Shown here: one piece after another, positions 34,579 to 45,273 of the stretch | How the letters are laid out: each line of letters starts with the position of its first letter | How positions within the stretch are numbered: the first letter of the stretch is position 1 | Notes under the pieces: generated by a model | Databases searched by the model: none | What the model saw: the letters and a program-made list of their open reading frames with translations, nothing else | Told to the model about the DNA's origin: nothing | Translations under genes and position numbers: made by a program | Source of the DNA: Alphaproteobacteria bacterium | GTDB lineage: Bacteria > Pseudomonadota > Alphaproteobacteria > Bin95 | NCBI GenBank assembly: GCA_965205265.1 | Contig: CBDBGH010000001.1 | Location: 96,001 to 160,000 of the forward strand | Direction: 5' to 3' | Length of the DNA stretch: 64,000 bases

Positions 34579-35890
34579 ATGAAGCCAACTGGCTGAACCG
34601 GACGCTGTTCCACGGCGATAACCTGACGTTTCTCCGCGCGATGAACTCCGAATCGGTGGACCTGATCGCCACCGACCCCCCGTTCAACAAGGGCCGCGAC
34701 TTCCACGCCACACCCGACAGCTTGGCCGCCGGAGCCAGGTTCCAGGACCGCTGGTCCTGGGAGCGTGATGTCCATACGGAGTGGGTGGATCAGCTGACCG
34801 ACGACCAACCGAAACTGATGGCGGCCATCAACGCCGCCCGGGCCACCCAAAGCGACGGCATGGGCGCCTATCTGTGCTTCATGTCTGTGCGGCTGCTGGA
34901 GATGCGGCGGGTACTGAAGAAGACGGGCAGCATCTACCTGCATTGCGACCCCACCGCCAGCCATTACCTCAAGGCGGTCATGGACGCCATCTTCGGGTGG
35001 CGGAATTTCTGCAACGAGATTGTCTGGTGTTACACAAGCGGCGGCGTGAGCGATCATATTTCGAAAAGAAGCATGATTTGATCATGTCTTATGCCAAATC
35101 ACACAAAAGCTATACATTCAACACTCAATATCGTCCTTATTCAGCAGGAACGATGCAAAGAGGACTGACCCAATATAAGAAGAATCTGAATGAAGCTTAT
35201 CAATTGAGCAAAAAGGGTGCTGTGCAGAATGACTGGTGGACCGATATACAACCGATCCTAAGCCCTACCGCTAAAGAGCAGACTGGCTACCCGACCCAAA
35301 AGCCGTTAGCGCTCTATTCGCGCATCATCAAGGCGTCACCCAACGAAAACGATATTGTCCTGGACCCATTCGCAGGCTGCGCCATCACGCTGGTGGCGGC
35401 GGAAATTGTGGGAAGAAAATGGGTTGGCATGGACATTTGGGAAAATGCCAAATCCGTAATAGTCGAACGAATGGAACGTGAAGGGTTGATTCAGAAGGGA
35501 CGACAGGCGAAACAGGGAAACCTGTTCGCACGGGACATACACTTTACCGACCGGCCCCCGGAACGAACCGATGAAGGCGACGAGGCTGTGCTTTTCCTCC
35601 GCGTCAGGGAGCGGGTCAGGGAACCTGACGGCCCGCGTTGGACGCGTAGGGAGATGTATGAGTATCTTCTGACGCAGTACGGCTATCAATGCATGGGCTG
35701 TAACCGGACATCCGACGACGACCCGCGCTGTCTTGAGCTTGACCACAACACGCCGCGTTCCGACGGCGGGCTGAACCACATATCCAACCGCATCCTGCTG
35801 TGCGGGCCGTGCAACCGGCTCAAGAGCAACACCTTCACGCTCAGCGGACTGCGGCGGGAAAACAGGAAGCTTGGACATATGAAACGAAGC
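34578..35890 (+). pseudogene. N6/N4 DNA methyltransferase fused to a C-terminal HNH nuclease; frameshift near 35050
   Basis: NRTLFHGDNL, IATDPPFN, IYLHCD, GYPTQKP, VLDPFAGC; then CMGC...LELDHNTPRSDGG...NRILLCGPCNRLKS. The 3' limit is approximate. Confidence 0.85.
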
Positions 35891-35981
35891 CAGACGGCGA
35901 GCGCAAAGGCGAATTTTTCAGATACAGCCAATGTTCAGGTCCGGCCCCCGCCGGGCGGTTCAGCAACCAGGGAGAGAACAA

Positions 35982-36971
35982 TTGGGATACAGCAACCATT
36001 CACATCCGGCGCCTCTGGCCATCCTGGCCATCGCGGCATCGGGACTTCTGGCCGCCTGCGGTGGCGGCTCGGGGACCGCGACCGGATCGCAACCAGCCTA
36101 TTCGGAAGATCCGCCCCAGGAAACGGTCGCCGAAATTTCGGTCAGGCTGGCCGGGCTGGATTCACGGTCGGATTCCCGTTTCCTGTCCGCTCTTTACGTA
36201 GAGGACATTGACAAACGTCCATTTATACCTGTCTGTGAGGGAGACGTGAGCCTCTCCGAGTCGATGTGCTATTTTCATTCAAGTCCGGATGCAGCTTCCC
36301 CATATACGCATAGAGGTCTGCAAGGATTCCCCTTTACGGCTTCCGGGCTGGAAGCCAGAACAGCTTTCAGCAGGCATGGCATCACCATTGTCGCTCAGGA
36401 ACACGACAACGAAGCTGGTGACGTGGACTTTCTCAGGTACGGAGCCGTCATGAATCACAGCGCGTTCGCTGCTCAAGGCGTCGGCGAATTGGTTTATCTA
36501 GAGGTATTCGGCCAGTACCTTCCACTCAGATTGGATGACATCTCTCCTCCTTTCGGATGGAGACGGCGTTCCTACGCATTCGGTGACCTGACGGGATCAG
36601 GTCCGGACGGTTCGGCCACATGGACCGGACTCATGGTCGGCGTTCCGATCAGTGACAGAGCCGAAGACCGCTCCAACTTCCTGCAGGGGGACGCTTCACT
36701 CACATACGACTTCGCGGATACATCTCTGGACGCATCGTTCACCGGCATAAGGAACATCGTCACGAAAGCGGACCACTCGGTCCGGCGCCTCCGGTTCGAT
36801 GACATTCCGGTTTCCGACGACGGGAGGTTTCATGGATACGAACTGGAGCCAGGTATCAGAAAGGAGATCGCCGGCGGCTTCTACGGTCCCGGACAGGCGG
36901 AAACCGCTGGCATTCTCGAGTACGTCGAGGCGGGGGAGGGAATTGTCGGATCATTCGGAGCCAGGCGGTAG
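35982..36971 (+). CDS. Surface lipoprotein with a C-terminal TbpB-like barrel and no protease motif
   Basis: AGGGAG then TTG; LAAC-GGGSG; SATWTGLMVG...IAGGFYGPGQAETAG...VGSFGARR. Confidence 0.75.
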   Translation: MGYSNHSHPAPLAILAIAASGLLAACGGGSGTATGSQPAYSEDPPQETVAEISVRLAGLDSRSDSRFLSALYVEDIDKRPFIPVCEGDVSLSESMCYFHSSPDAASPYTHRGLQGFPFTASGLEARTAFSRHGITIVAQEHDNEAGDVDFLRYGAVMNHSAFAAQGVGELVYLEVFGQYLPLRLDDISPPFGWRRRSYAFGDLTGSGPDGSATWTGLMVGVPISDRAEDRSNFLQGDASLTYDFADTSLDASFTGIRNIVTKADHSVRRLRFDDIPVSDDGRFHGYELEPGIRKEIAGGFYGPGQAETAGILEYVEAGEGIVGSFGARR

Positions 36972-37228
36972 ACAGCGCAGGTGTTGACGGCGGATTGTAA
37001 GGGCGGGATTCCGGCGGTTCCGGACACGAGGTGGCCGGTGGCGGTTTCGGGACGCCCGACATGGCGGACTTTTTCGGCGCAACGCGGCCGTAGCGTGTGG
37101 ACAGCGTCCGGCCGGTTTCAGGCCGTATCAGGCGCAGGAGCGGCGCTTTCTCGCCCAGCGCACTGAGACCTGACCGCCAATCCCAGGGTCCGGCATCCAC
37201 CGGAGGTCCATCAACCAGGGAGAGAGAC

Positions 37229-38596
37229 ATGGAATCCGAAACACGATCAGGCCCAGCACCATTGACCCTACCGGTCCTTGTGGCCGCGGCTTTCCTGACC
37301 GCCTGCGGCGGCGGAGGAGAGGGCGGCGGAACCGCGCCCGGGATGGCGGGGCTGGGCGACCATACGCGGCGCCCCGGCGACACCGTCCGCCTGGGCGGGG
37401 AGCGCCTGTCGGTCCAGAATAGCGTGACGTTCCGTTCGGGGACGCTGCGCGACCCCAACGCCCGGAGCGCGGCGACCGTGGCGGCCTATCTCAACAATGT
37501 CGGTTATGACGAGGATGAAGCAACCACATACCTGGTGCCAACCGGACCGGTCACCCTCCGGGTCCACGGCGGGACGGCCGGTGAGGTCGCGATGGTCAGG
37601 AGGATCGCCGCCGACATGAACCGGGTGCTGCCGCGCAGCCACCGGGTGTCCGTCGGCACCGGAACCCTCGACGTGTCGGAATTCGGGGCGGGGAGTACCC
37701 GGGACGTGATCGATATCTGGATCACGTCGGGCAGGGCCGACTGGCCGCGGGATCTGGTTGAAAGGCATCCTACCGCTCTGGGGATCGGCGGCCCGTTACG
37801 AATATGGAGCCGAATCGAGGGTCATTCATGGAAGGCCGGACGGGTTCTCCTCAACCGGAACACACGCGACCTCCATCCACTCACAATCCACGAGATACTG
37901 CATGCCTACGGGATAACGGGCCATGTCAGTAACGCACGGTTCCCGTCCAGCTTCATGGATCGCATACCGGCGCGATCGACAGCGGGGTCGCTTACGACCT
38001 CGATCGACGGCGAGGCGCTCGTCGCCCTGACGCGGATGATGCAACGCAGGCCGTTCCGTCCGGGAGCCGGGATCAAGGCAGGTCAGGTCAGGCCCGACCA
38101 TTTCGGTCCCTGGACCGAGACCGTCTTCCACATCGCCGGGACGGCCGGTCCCGCCGGTTTCGGCGCCTCCTGGCGCAACGGCGTGGCGCGGAGCTGGGTC
38201 CTTGGCACGAAACCCGCAGGCCCCGTCTCCGGCACCCTGTCCGGAAGCGCGGTCTGGGAGGGCGCCCTGGCGGGCTTCACCGCTGCCGGCGCGACGGTGA
38301 CCGGCGACGCGGCCATAGGTGTGGACTTCGCCGCCATGTCCGGGCGGGCGGAATTCGACCGGCTGGAAAGCTGGGGCGACGGGGGACATCCCGGGCCGCG
38401 CGGAACCGGCGCCGTCTGGGGCGACGGCGATCTGGGCTACACGCTCGGGGTCTCCGCCGACGGTCTCGGGTTCAGGTCGACCGGCGGCGATCCGGGGAGC
38501 GTCGAAGGAGCCTTTCTGGGCGCGGGCCACGAGGGCGTCGGCGGAACGCTGGACCACCCGGATCTGGTGGCCGCGTTCGGCGCGGTCCGTGAATGA
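37229..38596 (+). CDS. Surface lipoprotein: zinc metallopeptidase plus TbpB-like barrel, paralog of 23323-25365
   Basis: LTAC-GGGG, HEILHAYGITGH, WGDGDLGY, GTLDHPDLVAAFGAVRE. Confidence 0.78.
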   Translation: MESETRSGPAPLTLPVLVAAAFLTACGGGGEGGGTAPGMAGLGDHTRRPGDTVRLGGERLSVQNSVTFRSGTLRDPNARSAATVAAYLNNVGYDEDEATTYLVPTGPVTLRVHGGTAGEVAMVRRIAADMNRVLPRSHRVSVGTGTLDVSEFGAGSTRDVIDIWITSGRADWPRDLVERHPTALGIGGPLRIWSRIEGHSWKAGRVLLNRNTRDLHPLTIHEILHAYGITGHVSNARFPSSFMDRIPARSTAGSLTTSIDGEALVALTRMMQRRPFRPGAGIKAGQVRPDHFGPWTETVFHIAGTAGPAGFGASWRNGVARSWVLGTKPAGPVSGTLSGSAVWEGALAGFTAAGATVTGDAAIGVDFAAMSGRAEFDRLESWGDGGHPGPRGTGAVWGDGDLGYTLGVSADGLGFRSTGGDPGSVEGAFLGAGHEGVGGTLDHPDLVAAFGAVRE

Positions 38597-38773
38597 ACGG
38601 CTCCGGGCTGGAACCAAGCCGTTACAGGATATCTGCCCGAAAGCGGGCAGGCCTTTCCATGTGGGGGAAACCGCTGGAACCGGATCCCGCGCCGTATGGT
38701 TCCCCGCTCACGTCTGGTGTGGTTTCAGTCGCTTCCGCATGCTGGCAGCATCCCTTTCATCCGGTTGGCCCGA

Positions 38774-39004
38774 TCAGGTCTCCCCATCGGCGGCCGGCGC
38801 GGGGGCGCCGTTGTCCCTGGGAATTCTCGCCAGTTGCCTGAAGAGATGTGGATGGCCACGCTTCAAGGACGGATCCCCCCGCACGGTGGTGATCAGGTGG
38901 CTGCCGTCCGGCTTGGATCGCAGCTCCATCATGCCCCTTCTGGCGTCATACCAGACAGCCAACTTGAAATAGACTGTGTTGCCAGGTTCTGATTTCTCGA
39001 ACAT
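38774..39004 (-). CDS. Small hypothetical protein (MFEKSEPGNTVYFKLAVWYD...)
   Basis: Protein-like composition and purine-rich upstream sequence only. Confidence 0.45.
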   Translation of the reverse strand: MFEKSEPGNTVYFKLAVWYDARRGMMELRSKPDGSHLITTVRGDPSLKRGHPHLFRQLARIPRDNGAPAPAADGET

Positions 39005-40406
39005 TCCGTCTTCCCTTGGTTCCGTTTGGCATCGGCTTCGTGTCGATGTCATGGCTGGTCTCCCCTGTGCTGCCCTTTGGCATGTTGGCACAAAGGCGGG
39101 AAACGGGCCATCCTGCGCTTCGCCGACCCCATAAAGCTGGCGGCGTGATCGGATAGGCGCGGCCCGAGCCGAAGTCAAACTACTGCAGGCGGTCCGCGTG
39201 GCAAATGCCGACGCGTGCGGAAGCACTCACCAAGCTTGATTCATGCATTGCCTGGGATACGCACCATGTTCCAGAACCCGACATACTGGACGGCCCGAAC
39301 CTGCTGGAACGCGCCGCAACTCGCTTCCTCGTGGATGGCGTTGATCGGCAGGACATTCCTAAGCTCCCCTTTGCGATGCTGTTAGGCTTTGGCCTTCAAC
39401 CTCATTTGAGGTCTGTCCTGGGTGTTTTTCGATGTTATCCTCTTCCATTAGCCCGGACAGGAAACCTCTGACGCATGAACCGCTCAATTCTGCGGCCATT
39501 GTCGTGGTTCATTCCAAGAACAAGACCGCATTCAGACAGTTGCATCACAGGAATTGAGTGATTGATGCGATAGCGGTTCTGTCGGGCGTACCATTTTCCA
39601 TAGTCCGTGTAGAGATGCTGAATAGGTGGTGGCCCGGCGCGACCCTAGCGAAGTGGATTTCCGCTCTAGCGGCGGGCATCGCCAAATATGTGGCTACGAT
39701 CCGTGGGAGGCCCTCTGATGTCCATCAACGCCTCGGCCATCGTTGCGACCCTGAACCACGAACCGGGATACGAGTAAATCGTGAGACATGCCGCGGATCA
39801 GGAACGTGGCTGTCACGTCTCGCCTCCGGTTCGCTTCGAGGCCCCCGCCGCCCTCGGTCGCGTTCGGAAGCGCGGCGCCCCGACTTTGACCAGCGCGAAC
39901 TGGCCGAACGGCCCGTCGGCACCTTCTGCGACGAAATCGAGGCACGGAACACCGACATTGCGCGGGCGGTCGGTCAACAGACCAATCTCGCGGCGCGGCC
40001 CTACGGCAAAATGGTCGGTCATGAGGCCGACCTGAACTCGGGGACTGCTTCGCCTACGCCTGTGCGCGGGCCTGCGGCGACCAGCTATCCACAGGGGCGA
40101 TGACTTCGCCGGAACGGATATGGCATGAGTGCGGAAGGGCGGCGGGTGAAGTGCCCGCGCCCCCGAAATATCGCGCAATAACTGGTTTTTCTGGTCTGAA
40201 TCCGCCTCCACCGGTCCGCCCCTCGGCAGATCCGACCCCTGGCGGTTTCCCCTTACGCAGGGGCCGAACGCGGAGGTGCCGGTGGGACCCTGACGCCCGG
40301 GCGAGGTCCCTCCGTGCGTTTTCTTCGGAAACCTGTTGATTCCCTCCCGGATATGGTAAGGTGTCTCACGTGTCAGGTATATGGTTCCCGGAAAAAGGAT
40401 GGCGCC

Positions 40407-41720
40407 ATGGCCGAATTCAGACGGGAGGCCCTGCAGGATTTCGTCGACACCACCGATGGGGACACACCCCCAGTCTACATCGGGCGGCAGGATATCCTCA
40501 GGAAGGTCGAAGGCTACGCCAGCAGCACGTGGAAAGGGCCAGGCGCCGATGTCCATGGCGTCGGCAAGGCCACCAGTGTCGTGCAGGGCGCTCCCGGGGC
40601 CGGCAAGAGCGCCCTCATCGACGAACTCCGGGAAAGGGCGGCGACCAGCGCCCATCTGCCGGAGCGGTCGCGGGTCCTCACCCTTTCCAGCAGGGATCTG
40701 GTCATCGGACTGCCGGACGTACTTGAACTCATCGGTCTGGCCGGAGGTGTTTCCGCCAGCATATGGGAAAAACTGTCAACCGGTCTTTCGCTGGGAGTCG
40801 ACCTGGAGGCCGTCAAGGCCCGTGCCAACCTGTCATGGTCGGCGCCCGGCAGCTCCCATCCCGAAAATATCCTGTCCCTGGCAAGGAAGTTTCCGGCGGG
40901 GAAATGGCAGGGACCGGTCATCGTCTGCGTCGACGAGACCCAGAACCTGACCGGAGGGAAGGACACCCCCCACGCCTCTTTCCTGCAGGCTGTGCACGAG
41001 GGCCGCTCGAGCCTGCCGCTCTCGCTGGTTGCGGTCGGGTTGAGCGACACGGCGGATGTACTCGATGGCATGGGCCTGACACGGCTGTCCGTCCATCCCC
41101 TGGGCGGGTTATCCACCCAGCCGGACCCGGACCGGGACGGATACACCGAGGTCATGGACCTCATGCTGTCGTTCTGCGACCATTTCGGCATCGGACGCGA
41201 AGGCGAGACCGCAAGGCTCATGGCCCTGGCCGCACCCTGCGAGGGCTGGCCACGGCACCTGCATTACGCCCTGCAGGCCCTGGGACGCGGTGTCCTGGAG
41301 ACCGCCGGCGACCTGGCCACCGTCGACTGGCCCACAATCCTGCGGGAGGCCGCCGACAGCCGTCAGGAATACTACCGGATACAGCAGAATCGGGATATGA
41401 AGGACAGCCATATGCTCGTGGCCCGCATCCTGCGGGATTTCCGCGATGGCATGGCAGGCAGTGCCGTCACGGACCTGATCCAGCGCTCCGTGGATGACCG
41501 TCCGGGGCTGCGGCTGCCCGAAGACGGAACCCCTCTGGGGTTTCGCAGCCTTCTGGTCCACCGCGGCGCCCTGCACATGGACCTGGACGGCGCCTATCAT
41601 TGCCCCATCCCCTCGTTCCGCAGCTTCCTCGTCAGGGCCGGGGGGCTGGGTCCGGAGAGGTTTCCGGAACGGAACCCCACGGAAAGGGACATTGACCGGG
41701 ATATGGACTTCAGCCCCTGA
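40407..41720 (+). CDS. P-loop AAA-type ATPase, paralog 2
   Basis: GAPGAGKS, VCVDETQ; extra C-terminal tail ERDIDRDMDFSP. Confidence 0.8.
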   Translation: MAEFRREALQDFVDTTDGDTPPVYIGRQDILRKVEGYASSTWKGPGADVHGVGKATSVVQGAPGAGKSALIDELRERAATSAHLPERSRVLTLSSRDLVIGLPDVLELIGLAGGVSASIWEKLSTGLSLGVDLEAVKARANLSWSAPGSSHPENILSLARKFPAGKWQGPVIVCVDETQNLTGGKDTPHASFLQAVHEGRSSLPLSLVAVGLSDTADVLDGMGLTRLSVHPLGGLSTQPDPDRDGYTEVMDLMLSFCDHFGIGREGETARLMALAAPCEGWPRHLHYALQALGRGVLETAGDLATVDWPTILREAADSRQEYYRIQQNRDMKDSHMLVARILRDFRDGMAGSAVTDLIQRSVDDRPGLRLPEDGTPLGFRSLLVHRGALHMDLDGAYHCPIPSFRSFLVRAGGLGPERFPERNPTERDIDRDMDFSP

Positions 41721-42088
41721 TTCCGCCAGACCGGCATCATGGAACGTGGATGGCCCTCGGACGTTCCGCAGCCTCGCCGTCCTCTGCGCCGTGCGTACGG
41801 TCGCCGAGGTCAGGGCCCCGCCGCCGCGGCGGGCGGCTGCCCGGGGACATGCCGGAGCTGCCGGTCGGGTCCGTCATGGTCGGGCGGTGGACACATATGG
41901 CCCGGGGTCTTCAGGTTTCGGTATTGACGCCTGACGGGCAGCTGTTCTTTCCATCCACCCGCCACCGCCGGCCGTCAAGCGTTCACGGATATGCCGGGTG
42001 GGTAGTGCATTCGCGGCGCGGACAGGATAGGATTGCCTCCGGGGCGGGGAAGTCGGCGGCGTGCCGCCCCGCCCGCCGGAGATGGAAT

Positions 42089-43891
42089 ATGGACGAAAAG
42101 CCGATCGGGGCCGTCTGGAGGCCGGTGCGCGACCTGGCGCCGGAGCATCGGGGCCTTGCGCATGAGCCTGCGCGGCAGGCCGCGGCCCGCTGGAGGGAGG
42201 CCCGCCGGAGGCTGGAGGATCCGGGGATCGACCGGTCCTCCATGGATCTCTGGCTCCAGTCGCAGAGGCGGGCGTTTGCCATCGAGACCGGCCAGATCGA
42301 GGGTCTTTACCTGCTGCGCCGGGGCGTGACCGAGACACTGATCGCCGAAGGCTTCGAGAACGTGCGCGGCGCGCATTCGGTGAGCGACATCGGCGACGAC
42401 ACCCTGAGGGGTCTGCTGCAGGACCAGGAGGCGGCCCTTGAGATGATGTTCGCGCATGTGACGGACGAGCGCCCGCTGACGACATCCGCCATCAAGGAAT
42501 GGCACGCGCTCCTGACGCGTCACCAGGACACCGCGACCGGTATCGACATCTTCGGGAAACGGGTCGAGATACCGCTGCTCAAGGGACAGTGGAAGATATG
42601 TCCCAACAATCCCCGCCGGGACGACGGGCACGTCCACGAATACTGCCCGCCGGAGCAGGTGGCGGCGGAGATGGATCGGTTCCTGGAGTTTCACGAGGGG
42701 CATGCCGGGATGGGCCTCGCGCCCGAGACGGAGGCGGCATGGCTGCACCATGAGTTCGTGCGCATACATCCCTTCCAGGACGGCAACGGCCGGATTTCCC
42801 GGCTGCTGATGGCCTACGCCTACGCAAAGGCGGGAGAGTTCCTGCCGGTGATTCCCGCCCAGGGCAAACTGGACTACATCGAAGCTCTCGACGCGGCGGA
42901 CGAAGGCAGGTTCACCGCGTTCGTTGAATATCTCGGACTTCTGGCGACGGCGCGTTCCCAGGCGGCGGCTGTCCGCGCCGAAGGCATCCTCGCTGGCCGG
43001 ACGAACTTCCGCCACGGCAATGGCGGCGTCACATCGAACGGGGTCTACCATCCGCCGGAGGAACTGGCTCCGGGCCCCGACCCGCGTATCGCCGACGACG
43101 CTGTCGTTCTCACCTGCGCGGTCTCCGAACGTATCGACTCCGCCTCTCCCGTTCACCGGAGTGCGCTACCCGTGGACGTGGCGGAGGTACTGGAGGTATC
43201 GATCCAGGCTGGAGACGTTCCGGAGGACGAGGTCGATGGTGTCGCCCGCGGAATCGCGCGGAAGCGTGCCGAGACCGACCTGCGGGTTGCCACGGTCCGG
43301 GAGACCGGCGGTGGTGGGTATTCCGAGGCCAGGGCACAGTTCGAGGGGAACCCGGACTATCCGGAGATGGATCGCCAGGACGCCTACGAGGCTGCCATCC
43401 GGGACGGCCTTCGCCGCCTCGACGAAACTGTACCCGTTCCCTCGGAGACCGAGCGTCGCGTGGCGTGCGCCGTGGTCGCGACACGGGGCACCGGGCGGCA
43501 CGGGCTGGCGCTGGCCCTTGCGCAGGCGCTGGAGCGTGGGACGCCGCCGACCGCGGACAGCATCCGTAGGGAGCGGGATGCCGTCATGGGGCAGCTGCGG
43601 GATGGCACGGAGATCGTTGACCCATACGAGGCGCGGCTGTTCCTGCGACGGGTCTACCGCAGCTACACCGCCGCGGAGATCATCGAGATGTCTGAGGGGA
43701 GGGGACAGCTCCTCCAGCGCCTGGCCGACGACGCGTCGCGGACGCGGGTCCGGGATAGGCTGTTGAGCCTGCACCGCGACGTCACCTATCCGGAGGCGTC
43801 TCCCTGGCGCGGACACCACGATGCCATCGCCCGCGCGGCCGGACTGGACCACCGCCACGAACGCGGCCTCGGCGTGGAGGTCGACATCTGA
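42089..43891 (+). CDS. FIC-domain protein fused to a ~265-aa unrecognised C-terminal domain
   Basis: Canonical HPFQDGNGRISR and inhibitory-helix-like TGQIEG; C-terminal part homologous to 19565-20560. Confidence 0.88.
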   Translation: MDEKPIGAVWRPVRDLAPEHRGLAHEPARQAAARWREARRRLEDPGIDRSSMDLWLQSQRRAFAIETGQIEGLYLLRRGVTETLIAEGFENVRGAHSVSDIGDDTLRGLLQDQEAALEMMFAHVTDERPLTTSAIKEWHALLTRHQDTATGIDIFGKRVEIPLLKGQWKICPNNPRRDDGHVHEYCPPEQVAAEMDRFLEFHEGHAGMGLAPETEAAWLHHEFVRIHPFQDGNGRISRLLMAYAYAKAGEFLPVIPAQGKLDYIEALDAADEGRFTAFVEYLGLLATARSQAAAVRAEGILAGRTNFRHGNGGVTSNGVYHPPEELAPGPDPRIADDAVVLTCAVSERIDSASPVHRSALPVDVAEVLEVSIQAGDVPEDEVDGVARGIARKRAETDLRVATVRETGGGGYSEARAQFEGNPDYPEMDRQDAYEAAIRDGLRRLDETVPVPSETERRVACAVVATRGTGRHGLALALAQALERGTPPTADSIRRERDAVMGQLRDGTEIVDPYEARLFLRRVYRSYTAAEIIEMSEGRGQLLQRLADDASRTRVRDRLLSLHRDVTYPEASPWRGHHDAIARAAGLDHRHERGLGVEVDI

Positions 43892-44423
43892 GGAGCGTTC
43901 GCGCCTCCTGTCGCCAAGGCCATACCTTTCTGCGGCTGTCGTTCGATCATGAGGCGGCTGGCATCCGAATGGCGCAAGAACCAAGTGGAAAGGGGAGCAC
44001 CACGATGGATGAATCGAAAGTTCGTTGCACTGGCTCTCCTTTGCCGCATCGGATAGTGTTTGAGCAGGATCACGCCGGGAAGGAACGGACACCGGCATTA
44101 TGGACGGTTACTGCAGACGCACTTTCTGCCGTTTTCTTTGGCGTCACAGACGGTTCGCATGGGCTCTGCCTGGTGCGTCCACGGTGTGGCTGGCCTTCCT
44201 CATCGGTGGCTTCAACATGTTGCCTTCCGACAAAGTGGACTTCATTTTCAGAGCATTCGGGGTGGACAGGAATGATGTCGCCGCGCTGCCGCTGAAGGCA
44301 TGGCCGAGTCTGCCGATTCCTGTTGCGATTGTATCTGGCGATCACGATATTGGTGGCATCCGGCATTCTACCGATTGTTGAAATGCTCGATTTCTGGAGA
44401 TCCCAGGAACTGTGCTGGCAGAC

Positions 44424-45212
44424 ATGAAGTATATCAGGCCCGTCCTTGTGTCGACGTTGGCTGTGGCCAACGTGGTGACTGGGAGCCCGGCACTATCCTG
44501 GACGAGGCATCTTTGCCCCGACCAGCCAACAGGAGACGAGACACTCCATGCAATAGGGTTCCAGTCACCTGCGAAATTCGAGGAAGTCACTTATTTCGGA
44601 GAGTACGGAGCCGTCCTGAGGGCACTGGTGAACTTCTGGGCGACCCCCAGTGAGGATGTTGTCTATGCGTACCCTCTAGCCGTCTTCGATGATTTGGTCC
44701 AGTATCCGACAGCTCAAGGCCCAAACTACACAATGGAGGGGAGTGAGGGCGGCTCGAAGCCAGTCGTCTCCTATGGTGACTATATGGCCTGGCTCGAGGA
44801 TCCAGGAAAAACCGCCATCGTCAGCGGGGTTCCCGGGGAGCACTATGTTGGGACGCCAGTGGAGTGGTCCCCGATGGTCATCGGTTCTTTCAAGGCAGTC
44901 GGTCCCTTGTCGGAGGCCGCTTCCCAGGTGGCGGATTTTTCAGACATTGCGCTGAAAGTGAGCCTCGCCAGCGGCGTCTACAATTATGGATCTCCGTCAT
45001 CCAGCATTGTTGAAGCGGTGAGGATCGAAAACCTCGACCTTGGCAACGATATCAACTGCATTGCTGCAATGATTGAGGACGAAGAGGTTTACGCGAATCT
45101 GAGAGAATCGATGAGTGCCGACAGCTACCTGGCCGCCACCGAGCCCATCCCGGGACTGGAACCAATGAACCGGTTGATCGTCTCGCGAGATTTCTGGCCT
45201 GAAGAAGGCTGA
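44424..45212 (+). CDS. Hypothetical exported protein, lower GC
   Basis: Signal-peptide-like MKYIRPVLVSTLAVANVV; acidic globular composition. Confidence 0.55.
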   Translation: MKYIRPVLVSTLAVANVVTGSPALSWTRHLCPDQPTGDETLHAIGFQSPAKFEEVTYFGEYGAVLRALVNFWATPSEDVVYAYPLAVFDDLVQYPTAQGPNYTMEGSEGGSKPVVSYGDYMAWLEDPGKTAIVSGVPGEHYVGTPVEWSPMVIGSFKAVGPLSEAASQVADFSDIALKVSLASGVYNYGSPSSSIVEAVRIENLDLGNDINCIAAMIEDEEVYANLRESMSADSYLAATEPIPGLEPMNRLIVSRDFWPEEG

Positions 45213-45273
45213 AAGTGGACTTCCCTGCCCGCCCGCGAAGCGTCCGTCCCGAAATCACCGGACGCTACGGGAA

